DNA of 60,784 bases, counting the filler, from Circinaria calcarea (lineage: Eukaryota), in NCBI GenBank assembly GCA_051942165.1. It is 14 parts of 14 records of this genome, joined end to end, with 100 filler letters (N's around TTAATTAATTAA, not from the genome) between each part and the next. Parts side by side here need not be neighbours in the genome. Positions count along the whole stretch, not along the records: positions 13,115 to 17,381 come from JAVECS010002390.1; positions 17,482 to 21,743 come from JAVECS010002391.1; positions 21,844 to 26,103 come from JAVECS010002392.1; 11 more parts are not named here. One strand, written 5' to 3'. Of this stretch, positions 13,015-24,941 are shown piece by piece (the first letter of the stretch is position 1; every line of letters starts with the position of its first letter). The position numbers and the translations under genes are program-made. The notes below the pieces were generated by a model. That model saw only the letters and a program-made list of their open reading frames with translations, made no database searches and had not been told where the DNA came from.

Positions 13015-13417
13015 NNNNNNNNNNNNNNNNNNNNNNNNNNNNNNNNNNNNNNNNNNNNTTAATTAATTAANNNNNNNNNNNNNNNNNNNNNNNNNNNNNN
13101 NNNNNNNNNNNNNNGTGAGCAGAATGAGCAGGGTGAGCAGAATGCTCGGTATGCTCATGGTGCTCGGGAAGGTGAGCACAGTGAGCAGAGTGTTATATAT
13201 AGCAGGCTATTCCCGCTCTTTAGAATAGCATGTTTATAGACCGTGTTCAATAGACTCCATACTATTGAGCCTAGGGCAATAGTTCAACTACACCCTATGT
13301 AACCGTGCTATCACCGATCGGGACTTATCATATTCCTCAATAGGCCCCAAGGATTGCAGCGCCCTTACAGACGGGTACTAGACTGGCAGGTCTAGTAGCG
13401 GGCTACGATTACCCCCC

Positions 13418-13519
13418 CACGCGGGTGACAAAAAAAATGAGAATGGAACCCCAGAAATGTCGAGGTGGTTTTCGCGAAAAAGTGGGGTTCCATTCTCATT
13501 TTTTTTGTCACCCAGCGTG
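13418..13519. mobile_element. Foldback/MITE-like element with a 31-bp perfect inverted repeat
   Basis: GGGTGACAAAAAAAATGAGAATGGAACCCCA (13423-13453) pairs perfectly with 13483-13513 around a 29-nt loop. Pairing extends by CACGC/GCGTG with one bulge. Confidence 0.7.
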
Positions 13520-13565
13520 CCCCCCCACCCCAAAGGCCTGGGGTGGGGTATTGAGAACACTGCTA

Positions 13566-13695
13566 CTGTACCTTGACAGATCGGGTTGACCCTAGTGTTG
13601 GTCGGAAAAACTTCTGAGTGGTTGGAGTACGCCTCCGCGCCAATTGGAAGTTGCAAACCTTATACCACGGGTCGACCCGATCTGTCAAGGTACAG
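13566..13695. mobile_element. 130-bp MITE with 27-bp TIRs flanked by TA (Tc1/mariner-type signature)
   Basis: TA|CTGTACCTTGACAGATCGGGTTGACCC ... GGGTCGACCCGATCTGTCAAGGTACAG|TA, with one C/T mismatch between the TIRs. Confidence 0.75.
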
Positions 13696-13944
13696 TAGCT
13701 CCATTGTACATCCACAACAGAGCTATGTTGTACTAGTGGACCTAGTGTGGCCAATACGAGAACACAGAGTACCAGCCTACTCTCCGTGCTTTATGGTATC
13801 AGGCTTAGCTTATCGGCGCCGTGCTCCCGAGCACAACAGATTTCTAACGAAAAAAAACAAAACCTCCCAAATCACCCGGTGTTATGTAGCTAGGTATCCA
13901 ACAACTCTCATGTCCACAACAATGAGCTCAAAAGTCCTCCTTCT

Positions 13945-15417
13945 ATGCCTCAATACGATCACGTCAGCTCGTGGCTTGCTTCTGCCCATGAATCCTGCCT
14001 GCTTCTGACTCCTCCGCCCGACGATGACTCCAAGCTGCGCCCGGCTCCCTTGAAGCGGAGGCGCACCATGTCGAGTATGCCCGCCTCCAGCTCGCATCGC
14101 AGCAACAGCCCGAAGCGGCGAAGAACCGACGATACCGATGATGTTCAGCCTGGGCAGAGCGCGTCGCAACTTGGAAGCGAGACTCCACTGGCTTTGAATC
14201 AAAGGAATACATTCAGCCCTTCCGCTAGTGGAGTTTCATCGAGTTCGAAACGTTCATCAAGCCCGACACGTGAGACACCAATTATACTGAGGACTGCGTG
14301 GCCGCCGGTGTTGATAGAGAGCCTTAATGGTTTAAAAGAGGCCCCACCAGAGCACGCCGAACGACTCGGTCACCGGCTTGCCAAGGGCGTTGACTTCGGC
14401 TTCATTCCTCAGGGCTTGCAGGTACGTTAATTTGACTCAACGTTCTCAAATTGGGTTTACATGTGTTTAGTATGTCATTAAGAACGACCCCGAGGTGGGC
14501 CACCAAATTATCAAACCGGCCGACTTCGACCACAGCGACACGCGCTCCACCGAGGAGCTGTCTGCCATATGGAAGGAAGCCAAGAAGATCTATTTAAATG
14601 CGCGTGATTGTAAGGATGGTAGCAGGGATGAGAATGCGTGGTGTGATGATGTGGTGTGACCTCTGGTTCATTTAGCCATGGAATTATACGGTAATGATAA
14701 ATGGTGGTTCCAGAGTGTGTATGTGCAACTTTCCCAAGTCTCCTCAAGATATAGCTAATCCGCCATTCGTCTAGTCAATCGCAGTCTATCAATCCTCTCT
14801 ACCTCTCCACGATCCCCGCCCCCACCCTCACCGACCCTACCCGCCGCAAACCCATTGGTCGTAAAACTAACTTCGCCCTCTCATACTCGCATCGCGACTC
14901 CAATTTTTCAGCCCTCTACAAAAGACTTGACGCCGCAAATATTAGGGAAATCGGACACACGCTTGATGCATTCACCAAGCGAACCGCCCTCTTTTCTGGC
15001 TTTGAAGTTAAACCCGCATCCGGAGACCACACTGAGGCAGAACTGCAGATGAGTATATGGATCGCCGCATCCTTGCGTAAGAAGCAGGAACTCGCAAAAA
15101 TCGCGCAAGCTCCGTTCGAGCGAACAACGTTGGTCGAGCCTGCGCTTACCATTGTTGGACATGAACATTCCGTCTACTACGCGTATCCACGCGATGATTT
15201 AATATCTGGACGAAATGGTGTGCGTGTGCTAGGTCCCGATCTGGATCGGTTTGAGAGGCTGAGTACAGATTCAGTACGTGGGATTTTCCGGTTGGTTAGA
15301 CTGTATGGGAATTTACTAAAGTATGGGATGGATGAGGGAGAAGAGGGGTATTGGGGACGCTTCTTTGGGCCAGTCCTGAATAAGCTAGCCCGCATCTCTG
15401 AAGAACGGAATGATTAA
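13945..15417 (+). pseudogene. Fungal PD-(D/E)XK nuclease-like gene with a premature stop
   Basis: Introns 14422-14470 and 14719-14774 give about 455 codons: Ser-rich N-terminus, DENAWCDDVV*PL, RKTNFAL, FSGFEVK...EAELQMSIWIAA, TIVGHE. In-frame TGA at 14657-14659. Confidence 0.75.
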
Positions 15418-15571
15418 ATTGAGGAAATTAATATCTATGTTCCATCTCCTATCGCACTAGCACCCAACTATATCAAGAGTATGTCCTCTCCATTGGCAAC
15501 GCCTATCCCAAACTCTTCCATCGATGCCAGAAAAATAACGTCATTCGTACAAGTGAAGATCTACACTTTGA

Positions 15572-16057
<486 letters not shown>

Positions 16058-17481
16058 TAACATGTAGTTGGTGGCACTGTGGTTGGTAGAGCCCAAAATG
16101 GCGTGTAGCCCTATTACCGAGCCTCCTGTTAAAGTATATCGAAGCGCCATTTTTATGCAGCTGTCGATCGCCCCATCATCATCGATATCATTTTGTTATT
16201 CTAGTCGTAGGGAATGCGGAAAGTTCGCACGATTTAGATAATCCTGGAAGGAAGGGTGATGGGAATATTCCGTAAATTCGACGACGATGAAGACTGTTAC
16301 AAGAAAAGTACATCTATCTACCTGAGAGCTATTTAAAAAATGTTAACGATTATTGTTAAGCTACGGCGTCACTATGAGGGCATTAACGAGTGAATAAGAG
16401 AATATTTTTTTGTACTATGTGTATTCTACAATTGTGACCGTAGTAGAAGGATTATCTACGTGGGTGGGAGCTCAGAGTAACAGTACACGGGCGCTTCTAA
16501 AACTCAGACGGAATTTTTAATACCAGTCTACTGCAAGCCACCAACAGCTTAAATAACGCCACCAATATTTCAATAGTAAGCCTGATTCTTTGACAGTAAA
16601 CAAACTAATTTTTTTATAAACGCGTTCTTTTTTTATTGACCTCGCCGCTGCCTAATTGCTTTCGCTGTCGCCGTCGAAACCTTCCGCGCCCAAAAATTCA
16701 TACGCTAGAATTTCTGCTATACTTGATAATAACATATTTTACAAAGGACCTTTACGAGAAGGTAAGAACGCCCGCCAAAAAGCGGTTAAAGGTAAATACT
16801 CCGTTTTTTTATAATATACTTACTAACCTCCGCTGTTTACTAGGTACGGGAGTTCTTAGATGGCCTTCTGTCAAACCTTTGCGGTTAGATCCTCGGGCGG
16901 ACGTTGTTCCGCCCGTGCCCACATATATAGATAGATTCTTCTACTGTGTTACACACGCAGCATAGCAGACCATACACACGCAGTTGTAGCAGCAGTTATT
17001 CCTTCATTCCATTATCGATGCCATAGTGACTCAGCAGCTTGACACCTTCAATCTCGTTATTACGCGTTGGAGGAAGCCGTTCAGGCATTGGTAGTGGAGC
17101 AGTAAGATGCGCTCTTTAAAAGATAGATAAATATGCTGTCTAAAGTGACGGGCCCGGTACGGCAGGAAGGCATAAATTTATTGTTTGGAAAGCTTCCGGA
17201 ACTACCTATATCGTGGGCGGAGGATACGGATTCTTAGTTGGCTCGGCAGGGCATGTCTACGTTAGGCGTTACGGAGCTTAGGGTGGAGCAGAAGAAAGAG
17301 GAAGAAGAAAGGAGGACTAGATGGAATAAGGTGGAAAATTATAATAATTGAGAGGAAATGGAAGGTTAGGGGGGCTGTCTCNNNNNNNNNNNNNNNNNNN
17401 NNNNNNNNNNNNNNNNNNNNNNNNNTTAATTAATTAANNNNNNNNNNNNNNNNNNNNNNNNNNNNNNNNNNNNNNNNNNNN

Positions 17482-17599
17482 CCCGATAGATGACGAGGCC
17501 GGCGGTATAGAAAAGAAGCAGCATTGCCAAGAAGATGGCGGTATCGAGGGGGCTGAGCAGCTGGCCCATGTAGGGCTTCAGGCTGGTGCGTATGTCCAT
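17482..17599 (-). CDS. Probable cytochrome P450, N-terminal 39 codons (3'-truncated at the contig edge)
   Basis: MDIRTSLKPYMGQLLSPLDTAIFLAMLLLFYTAGLVIYR: a hydrophobic anchor ending in ...LVIYR, as in fungal P450 starts that precede LxxHPLxxxPGP. The catalytic part is not in the window. Confidence 0.6.
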
Positions 17600-17695
17600 A
17601 CTGCGAGTTCGACGCTCTCCGGACGACCAAAGCTGTATCTCGATCCCGTTGGGTTTACCAAATTGAACACGAAGACGATCGAGTTTTAATCAAGT

Positions 17696-18009
17696 ATCTC
17701 GCGATGCTTACTTTCCCAAGGGAGTCTCCCTGCTTACAACGGGTCATGATGCGCTTTCGAGAGATTCCGGGAAAGGCTCAGCCGTTGACAGAGCATACGC
17801 ATCCCCCTTGGGAGACTTGCAAATCTGGATCAGCCAGTGGAGATGCGGTAATTTCCATCTTACTCTATCAAGGCAAACGGTGGCACAACCTAATCTGTCT
17901 GATAACGAAGCTTATGGTCGATTGGTGTTTCGCTTAGTCAATAACAGAATAAATAATGAAGAGGGTGATAAGCGGCTTACGAGAAATATGTGCGGCGCTT
18001 ACGGGAGAT
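17696..18009 (-). promoter_or_regulatory. Cluster of tox-box-like sites (ATCTCNCGNA) upstream of the P450-like start
   Basis: Perfect matches on the minus strand: ATCTCTCGAA (17756-17765) and ATCTCCCGTA (18000-18009). One-mismatch copies: ATTTCTCGTA (17978-17987, minus) and ATCTCGCGAT (17696-17705, plus). Confidence 0.6.
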
Positions 18010-18343
18010 TTATATTTTAACTTCTAAGTGCTAGTCGCATAATCGGCGGTCCCGAAAAAGGTCAGCCGTGACTGAGAGGAAGATTTCGTATGTGCGACGA
18101 TCGTGCTGTGCGCATGTCCTTGTTGTGTAGATTGTGGCGACCTTAGTAGATCGTGTCTAGGGAAATGGAGACATTGGATAAAGTGTGTTGTACTTGGCTA
18201 TCTGGTGCACCATAATCAACGTTTAATTACTGCGGGTGATGAGCCTATAATTTCCGAGAGTCTATATTTCTATTCCGTTTGTCTAGAGGCTCCTCTCGAG
18301 TTTGAATGCTACCACAACGCATCCTTTACGTCGAGAAAAAAAG

Positions 18344-19418
18344 TCATTTTGCTTCTAGAAGCACTTTGATCACGTCACAATGACCGCCTGCAGCGGCAAG
18401 ATGCAGCGCCGTGTATCCCCGGGCATCACCGGCGTCAACTGGAATGTCAGAACTGTCCAATAATAGTCGCACAACGGAAAGGTCGCCTCTCTCAGCCGCA
18501 ATATGTAGGGCGGTCTGGCCTAGATTATTAATCGCCGCGAGTCCTGTGCCTTTGCTCTCGGGGGTGGTGGGTGTTGTTTCAGTGACAGCTTCAGTAACGG
18601 CAAGATTCAGACCTGTGAGATGTTCTGGCTCCATCTCAATTGGCTCCATCTCAACTGGCTCCGTCTCACAAGAAGTCCAGTGTGTCTGGAAATTCATATC
18701 CAAGGCAAAGGATGTAGGCTCCAGAAATCCAAGTGTCTATCAACATATTAGAATCCAGCTCGGCGTATTCGAGAACTGTGAAGCGGGAGAAAACGCACCT
18801 GATCCGTAGAAGCCATATTTTCCCATTCGGCAGTCTGACTGGGGTCATCGGAAACGTTGACCTGGCTCTGGTTCAAAGGACACGACGGACTGAATGAGAA
18901 GGTTTGTCTCGCTGGTGCAGCCCAAGATCCCTCGACTAACTGCTCAAAATCACAGTCTCCCTCTTCGGGATCCTGGATGATGCTATGATCATAACCCTGA
19001 CCAGACGGGTCCAAGAAGCGCGAGCATGCGGAGTAATTCGATGTAGCGTGATCGCTTTTATCAGGGACCAAAGCAGACTCTAGCTCGTCAAGACCGTCTT
19101 GGGAAAATCTCTCGATAGACATGGGCTGTCTGGAGCAGATGGGGGAGGGGGAGGGTTTAACGTGTTGCAGACTCAACTCCCTGCTGAGCCTTGGTGGATC
19201 TTGGCTACTAGATGAGGCCAGAGTGCTGGTCAGCTCCTCCAGAGCCAGCAGGCGGTTCTTGATACCTTGACCTTGCTGGTGTGAGCTACCGATACGCATT
19301 GAGAGCCTTGAAAAAGTTCACACTGACGGTACTTCTTCTGAGCCACACGATTTTGCTCTTTCCTTCGCTTAGATACGCTCGAAGGGTGCTGAGGGCCGGG
19401 CTCTAGGCGTTCGGCCAT
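18344..19418 (-). CDS. bZIP-basic-region plus ankyrin-repeat (bANK, TOXE-like) transcription factor, about 318 aa
   Basis: Exons 19418-19328, 19271-18799 and 18736-18344. Basic region SKRRKEQNRVAQKKYRQGIKNRLLALEEL. C-terminal ankyrin repeats GQTALHIAAERGDLSVVRLLL and GYTALHLAAAGGHCDVIKVLL. Confidence 0.88.
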
Positions 19419-20832
19419 GCTCAAGGTTCAATAAAGGACCTGCTGATCGCGATGCGTGGTTCCAGCCACCCCGCCAACGGGACGGTAGGATCCTCTTCAC
19501 TTATATGGCAGCACCGGACGGTCCTCCAAGAAGATGTGAGACAACGGTAGTTGAAGAAATAGGCGTTGCGTATTTAATTATGGGGGACGGTACTGAGTCC
19601 CAGATCGATTGGGGCGACTATCGAGGTTCCGGGCATGATCGGTAGGGGAAATTTTACACTATCATCTGTAGATTTTCCTTCGCTGGATGGACGAAGGATT
19701 CTCAACGGTCAATGCAGATGAGATGAATTGGGACTTTGAGTGAGAGGTGTACAAGTGGCATAGTGAAGATGCATGCAACGATCAAACAACGAATCCAATG
19801 TCCAGGTGAAGATGATTTGTTACCCATGCCGCAGAAGCTTTAGAACATACATAGTATAGTGGCCCGAAGCTGGCCAGGTAGCTACTGCCCGCATGCGCCG
19901 AAGGAGGAAGAGCGCCCGAGTTAGGATGCTTACGAAAGACTTTCAGTGGCGATTGAGAGGTTGCCAGCTCGAAAATGATAGCGGGTCCCCCGATGGTTTA
20001 TGTACCATTCGAGCGCTTCCTCAATCTTGAACTCCCAGACACTTGCTGCGACTACACGGTGTAGCATAGCAGCCTCTAGCTTCACCCTCTTTCAGTTTAT
20101 CTTGCCATGTAACGACGAATATACATTTCTTCTATCGCCATACGCGATGCCCTACCGCCTACTGCTACTATAGCCCGGCTAGCGCCCCTATGCCGGCTTC
20201 CGATATGCAATGCTACTATCTATTAGAATCACTTCCCGAAGATATCACTTGCTAGTTTGGTAACGCAATCACCACATGATTCCGGAAGTTATATATTATC
20301 CCATTAAGGGTATTGACTCTCAACGGACAGCATAAGATAGGCGCGGGCATGATCATTGGTAGCAAAAGTGTATGGCGCCTTTTCCGGGCCATGCCTACCT
20401 TATTTTTGGGACATGAGCGGGAGGAGGACTATCCTCCGGATGTAAACTGTTGCTGAGTGTCGAATCCCCCGCCCATTCTCCGACTAGAAACACGAATCCC
20501 ACATGTCGCCATTTGAGCTCGTAGTCACCCATGAGGTCGCTGCAACATTACAGACGTATGCCGTTGTGGCACGAGGCCTGTTGCCCTTCCAAACGGGTCC
20601 CGTGGAGCCCGGTTCGCCAACGAGATATCGTCGTGCCATCCTCGAGAGGTCTCCCCACTTTGTGCCTGTGCCAGCTCCAGCTTACTTCCTATTTCCGCGC
20701 ATACCCTGGCTGCACGCTATAATAGTGTCCGCATAGCCCTCGACTAGAAGACACGCTTGAATGATCCGCAATGCACACCCTGGCTTGCATGATATAATGG
20801 TGCCCGCACACGCTATAGTAGTGCCCGTGTTG

Positions 20833-21663
20833 CCCCCGGGGTCTCAGGGGGGGTCGTCGCTTAGCACGGGGGGGGTCGTCCGGTATTTTTGTCGATCCGA
20901 GTATTACCCGAAACCAGAATTTATAATTAAGCGTAATTCACTGCTCCGGGCTTATGCCTTCTATCTATAGAGGCTACGCTTGCCGAACGCTCGCGCCTTG
21001 TGCCCCGGCCTCCGCTAAACATTGATATAGTTGAAAATAGTACAGTGAGTGCTACTACACGACCTGTTGGTGGAACCACTATTGCCACTATTGCATTGAA
21101 GGTTGTCTAACTAGCTACGCAATGTGGGCGAGATATATACTCGCCCACTACTATGGTATTCCCTATTGGGTGTTGTCTATAGCAACTCGCTAGTAAGGTA
21201 GAATGCACCGTATTTTAACTGATATACTTATATCTCTGCCTTTGCTTAATATTTATATATTTTATGAAAACGAAGGTAGAAATAGGGGTATGGTAATCCT
21301 GATATAATATATTCCGCACAAAATAGTACTGAATATATTCTGAATATATTCCGTTTTTTCCACAAAACTGACTTATAACCCTCTATCGTAGTGCGCGCTC
21401 CGTGTATTATAGCTAAAATCTATACCTTTCGTGCCTTTCGTGCTTTGGGAATGCGCCGAATTAGCCAATTAGCCTTCTATATTTAGCATATCCTTTCGAA
21501 TTTACGTTATTTATATACTAATTCGAGCCGGTCCTAACACTCAGGGCGAATTGCGCCTGGCTTAAAACGAATACGCCTAGTTTTTATTATATACCGGGGC
21601 GAAATTTAGATACCGGACGGCCCCCCCCCGGAAAGCTTGGCGACCCCCCCTAAGACTCGGGGG
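20833..21663. mobile_element. Non-autonomous TIR element (~830 bp), degenerate
   Basis: ~54-bp imperfect TIRs: CCCCCGGGGTCTCAGGGGGGGTCGTC...GGGGGGGGTCGTCCGGTAT versus the reverse complement of 21610-21663 (CCCCCGAGTCTTAGGGGGGGTCGCC...GGGGGGGGCCGTCCGGTAT). AT/TpA-rich noncoding interior; TG on both flanks. Confidence 0.65.
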
Positions 21664-21844
21664 TGAAAGAAGAATCTAGATGCGCCTTGAGAACAAGGCT
21701 ATCTCCATATGCTGAATCAGTAAGCGCTTGGGCTACTTAATATNNNNNNNNNNNNNNNNNNNNNNNNNNNNNNNNNNNNNNNNNNNNTTAATTAATTAAN
21801 NNNNNNNNNNNNNNNNNNNNNNNNNNNNNNNNNNNNNNNNNNNG

Positions 21845-22063
21845 CATTGGTACACCGGCGAGGGAATGGACGAGATGGAATTCACCGAGGCCGAAAGCAA
21901 CATGAATGACTTGGTGTCCGAGTACCAGCAATACCAGGAAGCGTCCGTATCCGAGGGCGAAGAAGAGTAGTATGTCTATCCAAACTCAGAATGCATCATG
22001 GGGATCAACATGCTAACCCACGATTGCAGTGAGGAGGAAGCTCCCTTGGAGGGCGAGGAATAA
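21845..22063 (+). CDS. TUB2: Beta-tubulin, C-terminal end
   Basis: [42 protein letters not shown][intron 21970-22029][10 protein letters not shown]. Confidence 0.97.
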
Positions 22064-22693
22064 ACGAACGCTTTGTGTATGGTAGGCCGTGCGCTGCCGC
22101 CGGGTGCCTTTGTACCTGCATGACTTATGCCGAGTTTGGGGTTTTGTGTGTCTTGGCGGCAACAGCGGTCTGATGGTCAAGCGTATTTCTGAAAGGGTCT
22201 TACAGTCTAGAATTGTGGGAGCCAAAGTTACCAGAATGAAGTAGTCAATGATATTACCCCTAAACATTATGCTGGAATTGTATGGCGTACACAGTATTGT
22301 GAATATTTTAGTGCCGTCCATCCTTTCCATCCAACGTCCTTTCGTCTAAATGGCTCCGCTGTCAAAAGTGCATAGTGAGTCGGGCCGAGAACGGGTCCCT
22401 GCCGAGGACCGCGGGCTGACCGTTGAATGATGATCACGCTAAGATAAGCAAAGTCAATTGACACTAGAAAAATAGATAAACGTCAGGCGGAGATGGAAAA
22501 TTTTGGAAGGCTCTTAATGCATAGGAGCCCTCTGGCGTTGTGTCTTTTGCTGCCGTTGATCAGTGTCGTCGGACTTCTTGTAGCCATCGTAGGACAGTAT
22601 TGCTGCACCATCTCTTAGGGACCTGATCCATATTGGCTACATTCTCCCTACATTCCTCACTCTCTCGGATATTAGAGCTATCCCACTTCCACA

Positions 22694-24941
22694 ATGGCAA
22701 AGGGGAAAGTCTGTCTAGCTTATAGCGGCGGCCTTGATACGAGTTGCATCCTGGCCTGGCTCATTGAGCAAGGATAGTGAGTGTTCGCCATGAGCTCGTT
22801 CTGGTGGCTACCAGTCCTGACAATCATCTAGCGATTGCGTGGCTTATATGTGCAATGTCGGTCAAGAAGGTATTAGAAAATCTTCGCCAAGGTCTACATC
22901 GAAGTACTGAGGGTAGCCAAGAGGACTTTGCAGCTGCGGAGAAGAAGGCGCTCAAGATTGGGGCGAAGAAATGCTTTGTTGATGATAAGCGCGCCGAGTT
23001 TGTGGTAAGGCTCCGGACTTGCAAGGTTGCGTTACTAGTAACTGATGATAGGACAGAAAGAACTATGCTTTCCCGCAATCATGTGCAATGCAATCTACGA
23101 GGTACGCCTCCCATCATGCCTCTCCAAAATTATAACGTCGAAATTGAACGAGGCCCAAGGGAACCTATCTTCTGGGAACATCACTCGCCCGTCCAGTCAT
23201 TGCTAGGGGGATGATAGCTTTTGCGCAACAAGAGAATTGCCAGTATGTGAGTCACGGGTGTACTGGAAAGGGTAACGATCAGGTGAGGTTTGAGTTGGCA
23301 TTCTATGCCCTTCAACCATCCATCAAAGTCATAGGTTAGTCAACTTCTGATCTAAACCATCCATCAGAGGCTAACGCTGCACTTAGCGCCGTGGAGAGGT
23401 GAGTGATAGTCACTGCAAAGTCTCAAGCTAAAAAGGGATTAACTATTCTTCTCGCACGTTAGATCCCAGTTTCTACGAGACTTATCCGGGACGCCAAGAT
23501 CTACTCAAGTACGCTGAAGAAAAGAAGTAAGCCTGGTCAATAAGAGAACTCAATGCATATATGCTGATGGGGTTGAAAGGATCCCTGTGAGCTCAACTAA
23601 AGCCAAGCCCTGGTAGGTTTTCGACGGTGTGAAAGCCCCGAACCCCGGTGCTAAGTTTTCCAAAGGTCCATGGATGAGAATTTGGCCCATTGCAGTACGC
23701 ACTTATCACAGGCTCCTTGTTACAATCCGAAGTAAACTAATATTACGAGCAGGCTACGAGGCAGGCATACTCGAGGATCCCAATACTACACCTCCAGAGG
23801 ACATGGTAAGTTTATAGGCTTCGACCCTGCCGGTCCCGATTATAACTTTCCTAGTGGAAACTCACTGTCGATCCGATCAAAGCTCCCGAAAAACCGGAAG
23901 ACTTCACCTTGACCTTTGAGAACGGCCTTCCCGTAAAACTGGAACAAACAGAACAAGGCAAAAGCAAAACCGTCACTGACCCGCTTGAAATATTTCTCTC
24001 TGCCAATTCTATTGCGAGGTATGCATGCTTGATAGAGTACCGCTTGCAGGACCAATTTACTTACTTCTTTCTTGCAGGGCACATGGTATTGGAAGAATAG
24101 ATATAGTGAGTCTTTATGGTTCGTGATAATAATTCATCTGACCCCTGGCAAACAGGTCGAGAACCGATTTATTGGGATCAAGGTATGTAGATATGAGGAA
24201 ACAATACGTCGTTTGCGGGCTAAATACTGTTGTAGAGTAGAGGTTGTTATGAGACTCCTGGTAAGTGCCCGACATACATCCATGTTCAGTTCTCTCATTG
24301 ACCATTCAAAGGTCTCACAATGCTCCGCGCAGCCCATATGGACCTTGAAGGTCTAGTCATGGACCGGGAAGTTCGAGCTCTGCGAGACCAATTCGTAAGT
24401 TCCGTGAGCTCCAAAGAAATTTCTCTTGAGTCCAGCCCTCACATATGGATTCAGGTCACCTTCAACTACTCCAAAGCCCTCTACAATGGCTTATACTTTT
24501 CCCCCGAACGTGAGAATTACCATGTCTCTTCGCTACTTTTTCCAATGACGCTAAAAAGGGGCCTCACAGGTGAATTCCTAGAATCTTGTATCGTCCAAAG
24601 TCAAAAGGACATTAACGGCATCGTCCGTTGTCGAGCCTACAAAGGGAACTTTAGCGGTACGTCACCTCAGGTTCCCCAACAATTAATCACTAACGTGCAT
24701 GATCTCCGTAGTCCTTGGACGCTCGTCCGAAAGTTCAAACCTCTACAGCGAGTCCGAGTCCTCGATGGACGAAATTGGCGATTTTGCACCGTCCGAGACG
24801 TCAGGTATGTTTTTCTATTACATCTCCACCAAGTACTCGTGCGGTTCAAAATTAAGAATGCGAATAGGCTTCATTGGCGTCATGGCAATTCGTCTGAAGA
24901 AATACGGCGCTATGAAGGCGGAGAAGGGGGAGAGGTTGTAG
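22694..24941 (+). CDS. ARG1: Argininosuccinate synthase (19 exons)
   Basis: [86 protein letters not shown]. Eighteen GT-AG introns traced by hand all preserve the frame. Confidence 0.96.

Noticed and set aside
14657..14659. In-frame TGA as selenocysteine, readthrough or an alternative genetic code
   Set aside because: TGA terminates other genes here (shugoshin, the TRAF-like protein, the bANK TF), and the context fits a CGA-to-TGA mutation.
16630..17150. Possible decayed intron-containing gene (GTAAAT...TACTAAC...TAG)
   Set aside because: No recognisable protein, and stops in the frames I traced; too weak to call.
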